From an uncultured Bacilli bacterium (lineage in GTDB: Bacteria > Bacillota_I > Bacilli_A > RF39 > UBA660), in contig CALVHI010000002.1 of assembly GCA_944327365.1 (NCBI GenBank), positions 1 through 52,183 of the forward strand: DNA of 52,183 bases, given 5' to 3'. A program made the position numbers and the translations under genes. Below are positions 47,434 through 52,183 of the stretch, piece after piece. The notes under the pieces are model-generated. The model was not told the DNA's origin, ran no database searches, and worked only from the letters and a program-made list of their open reading frames with translations. Every line of letters starts with the position of its first letter. The stretch's first letter is position 1.

Positions 47434-48801
47434 ATGGCTAAAAAAGTTGTTATTGATCCTGGTCATGGAGGAGAAGATCCTGGAGCTAGCAGTAATGGGA
47501 TTGTTGAGAAAGATTATACTTTGATGATTAGTAAATATATGGCTGATCGTTTAACTGAACTTGGTATAGATAATGCTTTAACAAGAGATAGTGATGTTAC
47601 TCTAGATTCTACTACAAGGCCTAAGAGAGCACAAAGTTTATTTGGTACTGGTAGTGATGTAATACTGGTTTCTAATCATATTAATGCTGGTGGTGGAGAT
47701 GGTGCAGAAATTATTTATGCACTTAGAAATAGTGATACTTTATCAAGAGAAATTGCTAATGAATTTATTAAATCAGGTCAAAATGTAAGGAAATATTATC
47801 AAAGGAGGCTTCCTAGTAATTCTAGTAAAGATTATTATTATATGCTTAGAGAAACACCTAATAATGAGTCTATTATTGTTGAATATGGTTTTTTAGATTC
47901 TAATGGTGATGATGTAAGTCAAATTAAAAATAATTGGAAATCTTTAGCGGAAGCTGTTGTTAGAGCTTTAGCAAACTATATAGGTGTAGATTATATTCCA
48001 CCAGAAGATTTAGGTGAATTTGATGAAAACATTTATATAGTAAAAGCTGGCGATACTTTATATGGTATTGCTAATCAATATGGAGTTAGTGTAGATGAAA
48101 TTATGAATTTAAATAATTTAAATAATAATTTACTTAGTATAGGGCAAGCTTTAAAAATACCAGAAGTTAAGATGGAAGAAGATAATGAAAATGTTTATGT
48201 AGTAAAAGCAGGCGATACTTTATATAGTATTGCTAATCAATATGGAATGAGCGTAGATGAATTAAAAAAGTTAAATAATTTAACAAGTAATTTATTATCT
48301 ATTGGGCAAAAATTAATTATTGATAATAAAAGTGCTTCTACTATGGATACCTATATAGTAAAAGCAGGAGATACTTTGTATTCTATTGCTAATCAATATG
48401 GGATGAGTGTAAATGAATTAAAAGAATTGAATAATTTAAATAGCAATCTACTTAGTATAGGGCAAGTATTAAATGTAACCAATAGTTATGTTTCTATTCC
48501 ATCTAATCCATCAAATACATATGTTGTTAAAAGTGGTGATTCATTATATAGTATTGCTAGAAAATATGGGATTACAGTTAATGATTTAAAACAAGCTAAT
48601 GGAAAAACTTCTAATTTGTTATCTATTGGGGAAATTCTTGTTATTCCACTTAGCGAAAGTAGTAAATCTTATACAGTTAAAGCAGGAGATAGTTTATGGA
48701 AAATAGCTACAAAATATGGGGTTAGCGTTAATGCTTTAAAGCAAGCCAATGGTCTAACTAGCGATTTACTTTCAATTGGCCAAATCTTAGTAATTCCTTA
48801 A
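47434..48801 (+). CDS. N-acetylmuramoyl-L-alanine amidase (Amidase_3) with five C-terminal LysM repeats
   Basis: KVVIDPGHGGEDPGA...SNHINAGGG. Five copies of Y-x-V-K-x-GD-[TS]-L-[YW]-x-IA...LLSIGQ. Confidence 0.9.
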   Translation: MAKKVVIDPGHGGEDPGASSNGIVEKDYTLMISKYMADRLTELGIDNALTRDSDVTLDSTTRPKRAQSLFGTGSDVILVSNHINAGGGDGAEIIYALRNSDTLSREIANEFIKSGQNVRKYYQRRLPSNSSKDYYYMLRETPNNESIIVEYGFLDSNGDDVSQIKNNWKSLAEAVVRALANYIGVDYIPPEDLGEFDENIYIVKAGDTLYGIANQYGVSVDEIMNLNNLNNNLLSIGQALKIPEVKMEEDNENVYVVKAGDTLYSIANQYGMSVDELKKLNNLTSNLLSIGQKLIIDNKSASTMDTYIVKAGDTLYSIANQYGMSVNELKELNNLNSNLLSIGQVLNVTNSYVSIPSNPSNTYVVKSGDSLYSIARKYGITVNDLKQANGKTSNLLSIGEILVIPLSESSKSYTVKAGDSLWKIATKYGVSVNALKQANGLTSDLLSIGQILVIP

Positions 48802-48803
48802 AA

Positions 48804-48830
48804 ATAACTTTTTATTAAGTTATTTTTTTG
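48804..48830 (+). terminator. Intrinsic terminator after the amidase gene
   Basis: AATAACTT-tttatt-AAGTTATT followed by TTTTT. Confidence 0.6.
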
Positions 48831-48841
48831 ATATAATTTTT

Positions 48842-49312
48842 ATGGTGAAATATATGAGAGTTAGAGGATTTGAAATAGCAAAAGGATATGAAGATAAGGA
48901 TATTCATTTACCTGTTAGAAAAACAAAACATTCCGCTGGATATGATGTGGAAGCTGCAGAAGATGTCTTAATTCCATCATTTAAATTAGGTTGTAAACCA
49001 ACACTTATTCCCACTGGTTTAAAAGCTTATTGCTTAGAAGATGAATATTATATGTTAGTTAATCGTAGTAGTGGTCCTAAAAAAGGACTAGTAATGTGTA
49101 ATAGTATTGGTATTATTGATAGTGATTATTATGGAAATATAGATAATGATGGACATTTTTATTTTCAATATTATAATATATTAGATCATGATATTGTTAT
49201 TCATAAGGGAGATGTAATTGGTCAGGTTATATTTCAAAAGTATTTGCTATGCGATGATGATAATGCTGATGGTACACGTGTTGGTGGATTTGGCTCTACA
49301 GATAAAAAATAA
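48842..49312 (+). CDS. dut: dUTP diphosphatase (trimeric dUTPase, YncF-like)
   Basis: SAGYDV...PRSS-like NRSSG, GIIDSDYYG, and a C-terminal GGFGSTD. The start could instead be the ATG at 48854. Confidence 0.85.
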   Translation: MVKYMRVRGFEIAKGYEDKDIHLPVRKTKHSAGYDVEAAEDVLIPSFKLGCKPTLIPTGLKAYCLEDEYYMLVNRSSGPKKGLVMCNSIGIIDSDYYGNIDNDGHFYFQYYNILDHDIVIHKGDVIGQVIFQKYLLCDDDNADGTRVGGFGSTDKK

Positions 49313-49332
49313 AGGTCTTCTCGACCTTTTTT
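49309..49332. terminator. Bidirectional terminator between dut and cwlJ
   Basis: AAGGTC-ttctc-GACCTT, flanked by an A-run and a T-run. Confidence 0.6.
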
Positions 49333-49750
49333 AGTATAATTCTTGACATTCGCCACTAACTGGCCTATAAAAACAATGATTTTTATATCTGCCTGCTAGA
49401 GGTTGACTATACCAAGTGGAAGTACAGTTATTTGATCCTGGGGCATAAAACCATAGAGAATGAGTTGCTGGATAGTAATATTCTCCTCTTAAGGTACGCT
49501 CTGCTAAATTTTTTTCGGCAGTTGTAGCTGAGCCATAAAAAAGAGAAGAGTTCGTACCAACAAATTGGTTGGGTTGATAGATAGCATCTTCTATACTATC
49601 TATATTTTTGAATGTGTAGCAATCAGCAATAACGCGATTAACAACGACATTGCCAACCATAAGCATACCTAAATCTCCTTCTGTTTGGGCTTCGGCTCGC
49701 ATAATTCTTGCTAATAAATCAAGTTCTTTCGTAGTATAATTTACTAACAT
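49331..49750 (-). CDS. cwlJ: Spore cortex-lytic enzyme of the CwlJ/SleB (Hydrolase_2) family
   Basis: DLLARIMRAEAQTEGDLGMLMVGNVVVNRV...YQPNQF...WYSQPLAGRYKNHCFY closely parallels remembered B. subtilis CwlJ. Confidence 0.85.
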   Translation of the reverse strand: MLVNYTTKELDLLARIMRAEAQTEGDLGMLMVGNVVVNRVIADCYTFKNIDSIEDAIYQPNQFVGTNSSLFYGSATTAEKNLAERTLRGEYYYPATHSLWFYAPGSNNCTSTWYSQPLAGRYKNHCFYRPVSGECQELY

Positions 49751-49834
49751 AATAAAATCACCTAATTTATTATATGAAAATGCTTTTAAATTGGACTAAA
49801 TTATGTTATAATTGACTTATCTCTTAGGAGATTT

Positions 49835-49908
49835 AGGGGATTAGTTAAATGGTATAATAGGAGTCTCCAAAACTTTAGTTGGGAGTTCGATTCTCTCATC
49901 CCCTGCCA
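49835..49908 (+). tRNA. tRNA-Trp (CCA anticodon), with encoded CCA end
   Basis: AGGGGAT...acceptor...ATCCCCT-G-CCA. The anticodon loop is CTCCAAA and the T-arm is GGGAGTTCGATTCTCTC. Length is 74 nt. Confidence 0.9.
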
Positions 49909-49919
49909 TTTTGATTTAT

Positions 49920-49942
49920 AACCCCTATGGGGTTCTTTTTTT
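49920..49942 (+). terminator. Intrinsic terminator after tRNA-Trp
   Basis: AACCCC-tat-GGGGTT followed by CTTTTTTT. Confidence 0.75.
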
Positions 49943-49952
49943 ATGTTAGAAG

Positions 49953-50501
49953 GTGATCACTATAAATAAGATTGATGAAGCAAGTTTAGAAAATGCAAAA
50001 AAATTATTTTCTAGTGGTGATATTAATCATATTGAGATTGGTACAGTTAATGGTTTACAACAAATACATAAATATTTATTTGATGGTTTGTATGATTTTG
50101 CTGGTCAAATTAGAAAGCAAAATATTTCTAAAGGAAATTTTCGATTTGCAAATTCTTTATATTTAGAAGATATTTTGAAAAAAATAGAAACAATGAATGA
50201 AAATACTTTAGATGATATTATTGATAAATATGTAGAAATGAATATTGCTCATCCTTTTTTAGAAGGAAATGGTCGTAGTACAAGAATTTGGTTGGATTTA
50301 ATTCTTAAGAAGAATTTAAATAAGATTGTTAATTGGGATAATATTGATAAACGTTTATATTTACAAGCGATGGAAAGAAGTCCTATTAATACATTAGAGA
50401 TCAAAACTTTAATTGAAAACAATTTAACTGATGATTTTAGTTTAAATTCTATTTTTAAAGGAATTGATGCTTCATATTACTATGAAACTGATGAATACTA
50501 A
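49953..50501 (+). CDS. Fic-domain protein (AMPylase-type)
   Basis: Canonical Fic motif [12 protein letters not shown]. Length is 182 aa with a GTG start. The C-terminal SYYYET is a possible degenerate inhibitory S-x-x-x-E-[GN] helix. Confidence 0.9.
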   Translation: MITINKIDEASLENAKKLFSSGDINHIEIGTVNGLQQIHKYLFDGLYDFAGQIRKQNISKGNFRFANSLYLEDILKKIETMNENTLDDIIDKYVEMNIAHPFLEGNGRSTRIWLDLILKKNLNKIVNWDNIDKRLYLQAMERSPINTLEIKTLIENNLTDDFSLNSIFKGIDASYYYETDEY

Positions 50502-50519
50502 TAAAGGAATGGTAAAAGA

Positions 50520-50849
50520 ATGGATAAAATTTATAATAAATTAGTTAGAGATAATATTCCGGATATTATTGAAGCAAATGGTGAAAAACCTATTTATCGT
50601 ATTTTAGATGCAAAAGAGTATTGGGAATATCTACTTCTTAAAGATACAGAGGAACTTGAAGAAGTACGTTCTGCTTCTAGTACTTTAGAAAGAAAAAAAG
50701 AGCTTGCCGATAAATTAGAGTTAATAAGAGCAATGGCAGAGTATAATGGTTTTACATTGGAAGATATTATAGAAGAAGCTGATAGAAAAAAAGGAAGAAA
50801 TGGTGGCTTTGAAAAAAGATTATTGCTAGAAAGAGTAATTAAAAAATAA
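50520..50849 (+). CDS. MazG-like nucleoside triphosphate pyrophosphohydrolase (small, all-helical)
   Basis: The N-terminal YNKLVRDNIPDII and the E-rich helices (EELEEV...ELADKLE) are typical of the house-cleaning MazG-like family. Confidence 0.7.
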   Translation: MDKIYNKLVRDNIPDIIEANGEKPIYRILDAKEYWEYLLLKDTEELEEVRSASSTLERKKELADKLELIRAMAEYNGFTLEDIIEEADRKKGRNGGFEKRLLLERVIKK

Positions 50850-50901
50850 GTAATTAGCTTATGTTTATAAAGATTATTATTTTGTTTAGGAGAAAAAAAT
50901 A

Positions 50902-51090
50902 ATGGGATTGTTGAGTGAGATTTTTAATGCTTTAACTGATGGGGATACTCCACAAGAAAAAGATAAGAGAATTAATGAAAAATTATTTATGGATGAGGCC
51001 AAAGCTTATGGCCTTACAAAAGAAGAGATTGAGGAATGTAAAAAAAGTGGTATTACTCCAGAAGAATGGGTACAAGATAAAAATAAATAA
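50902..51090 (+). CDS. Small acidic hypothetical protein (62 aa)
   Basis: AGGAG lies 9 nt upstream of the ATG. It is preferred over the overlapping K/R-rich frame 50939-51151. Confidence 0.45.
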   Translation: MGLLSEIFNALTDGDTPQEKDKRINEKLFMDEAKAYGLTKEEIEECKKSGITPEEWVQDKNK

Positions 51091-51163
51091 ATGTAAAGTT
51101 TATGGGAAACAGATTATTGTTTTCTTTTTTTGTGGTAGAATAGTTTTATAAGGAGGATAAAAA

Positions 51164-52048
51164 ATGGATTTAAAAAAATTATTTGGGTTTGAAGGTAAAA
51201 ATGTTGTTATTACAGGTGCTGCTTCTGGTATGAGTAAGTCTGCTACAGAGCTATTAATTGAGCTTGGAGCAAATGTGTATGCTATTGATATTAATCCGAT
51301 TGATTTGCCTGTTAAAAAAGCTTATCAAGTCGATTTGAGTAATAAGGAAGAAATAGATAAAGTAATTGAAGATTTACCATCAAAAATAGATGCATTATTT
51401 TTGTGTCATGGTATTGCGGCTTTTCCTGGTAAGGAGTTATTAGTTCAAAAAGTGAATTTTTATAGTCAAAAATATATGACAGAAGAATTACTTGATAGAA
51501 TAACTGATCATGGTTCTGTAACATATATTTCATCTGTTGGTGGATTTGGATGGCAACAAGTATATCAAAAAGCTATAGAACTTATTAATATTCCAACATG
51601 GGAAGAGGCAATGGATTGGTATGATAATCATCCTGATTTAATTAAAAGTGCTTATGTTTTTGCTAAACAATGTTTACTTTCTTATGTTACTTATAAGTGT
51701 ATGAGTGATGAATTTATTTCAAGAAAAATTAGGATTAATGCAATTAATCCTGGTGATACAACTACTGGTTTGACAGATGATTTTAATAAGTCTACTAGTC
51801 CTAATGGTGATGCACAAGAAGGTGCAAAAATGATTGAAAATATATTCCTTAAAAGTTGGAATGGTTATCCAGCGGAACCTAAAGACATGGGATTTCCTAT
51901 GGTAGTTGTTGGTAGTGATATTTGTTCATATATGTCTGGTCAATTAATTTATATTGATTATGGTTTAACTTCTAGTTGGCTAAGTACTTCTCTATTTAAT
52001 GAAAAACAAAAAAGTATCGAAGAAATAAGTCATGAAACAAATAATTAA
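51164..52048 (+). CDS. Short-chain dehydrogenase/reductase (SDR) family oxidoreductase
   Basis: Cofactor motif VVITGAASGMSK, an AGGAG RBS, and catalytic Y-x-x-x-K (YVFAKQC). Confidence 0.85.
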   Translation: MDLKKLFGFEGKNVVITGAASGMSKSATELLIELGANVYAIDINPIDLPVKKAYQVDLSNKEEIDKVIEDLPSKIDALFLCHGIAAFPGKELLVQKVNFYSQKYMTEELLDRITDHGSVTYISSVGGFGWQQVYQKAIELINIPTWEEAMDWYDNHPDLIKSAYVFAKQCLLSYVTYKCMSDEFISRKIRINAINPGDTTTGLTDDFNKSTSPNGDAQEGAKMIENIFLKSWNGYPAEPKDMGFPMVVVGSDICSYMSGQLIYIDYGLTSSWLSTSLFNEKQKSIEEISHETNN

Positions 52049-52071
52049 ATCTCTTAACTGAGATTTTTTTA
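52047..52071 (+). terminator. Intrinsic terminator after the SDR gene
   Basis: AAATCTC-ttaact-GAGATTT followed by TTTT. Confidence 0.7.
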
Positions 52072-52074
52072 TAT

Positions 52075-52100
52075 ATAAAAAAAGAGGATTAAAACCTCTT
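52075..52100 (-). terminator. Minus-strand intrinsic terminator for a transcript entering from the right edge
   Basis: On the minus strand: AAGAGG-ttttaat-CCTCTT followed by TTTTTTT. Confidence 0.45.
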
Positions 52101-52183
52101 AATCTGGGCTCTAGAATTTCTGGTGTGAAGTAAATTATATAACAAACCCAATTGGATCCTAAGAAAAACAAGCATTTTTACCT

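Noticed and set aside
49265-49285. CACGTG core inside dut (GGTACACGTGTTGG) as a fourth parS
   Set aside because: The flanks do not match GTTTCACGTGAAAC. Only the central hexamer is shared.
51106-51130. Hairpin plus T-run after the 62-aa ORF as a terminator
   Set aside because: The stem is only about 5-6 bp with a bulge (GAAACA / TGTTTTC). It is too weak to list as a feature, although the T-run is strong.
50939-51151. Alternative-frame ORF overlapping the 62-aa gene
   Set aside because: It gives a K/R-rich out-of-frame translation without an RBS, whereas the 50902 frame has AGGAG at the proper spacing.
52075-52183. Possible tiny minus-strand sRNA (TTAGGA-17 nt-TATAAT at about 52132-52160 reading leftward into the terminator at 52075-52100)
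   Set aside because: The -35 is poor. The segment could equally be the 3' UTR of a gene lying beyond the window edge, and it cannot be judged without the flanking sequence.

Overview
This is the chromosomal replication-origin region of a visibly AT-rich, endospore-forming, probably anaerobic member of the Bacillota. Coding-strand bias flips at about 44.3-44.8 kb, where a DnaA-box cluster lies between dnaA (-) and rpmH (+). Left of oriC, almost everything is on the minus strand. The order is dnaA, dnaN, a comK-family gene, recF, gyrB and gyrA. A 540-nt intergenic region follows, with three consensus parS sites, two perfect DnaA boxes and a (TA)9 tract. Then come tadA, dnaX, ebfC, recR, bofA, holB, ricT, a yabB-like methyltransferase, pth, mfd, spoVT, metG (T-box), spoIIR and an mntP-like gene (+), murA, an SGNH hydrolase, rpmE and an amidoligase. 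Next are two EcfA-like genes that have lost every ATPase motif, truA, two unknown genes, rplM-rpsI, mnmE-mnmG-rsmG, an HExxH membrane protein, a Noc-type ParB paralogue, TetR and desulfoferrodoxin. A small accessory patch lies beside a truncated tRNA-His: a CheD-like small protein with a Clp-D1-like AAA+ ATPase, and a DUF2075 NTPase killed by point mutations. Right of oriC (+) are rpmH-rnpA-yidC-jag, two head-to-head gene remnants, a LysM amidase, dut, cwlJ (-), tRNA-Trp, Fic, a MazG-like gene and an SDR. Items worth a second look: (1) every CCCGGG in the window lies in the 16-mer TATTTCCCGGGAAATA, which matches the Noc-binding-site consensus, and these sites are dense inside essential genes near oriC; (2) the only ParB homologue seen is Noc-type, yet there is a triple parS cluster and no soj/spo0J; (3) the CheD-like plus non-threading AAA+ operon; (4) the motif-dead EcfA1/EcfA2 pair kept in conserved synteny without ecfT; (5) two copies of a GC-rich, AAC-codon-rich repeat that resembles a DGR TR/VR pair, with no reverse transcriptase in view. 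I saw no CRISPR array, rRNA or intact mobile element. All homology statements come from recognising motifs by eye and from remembered reference sequences; no searches were run.
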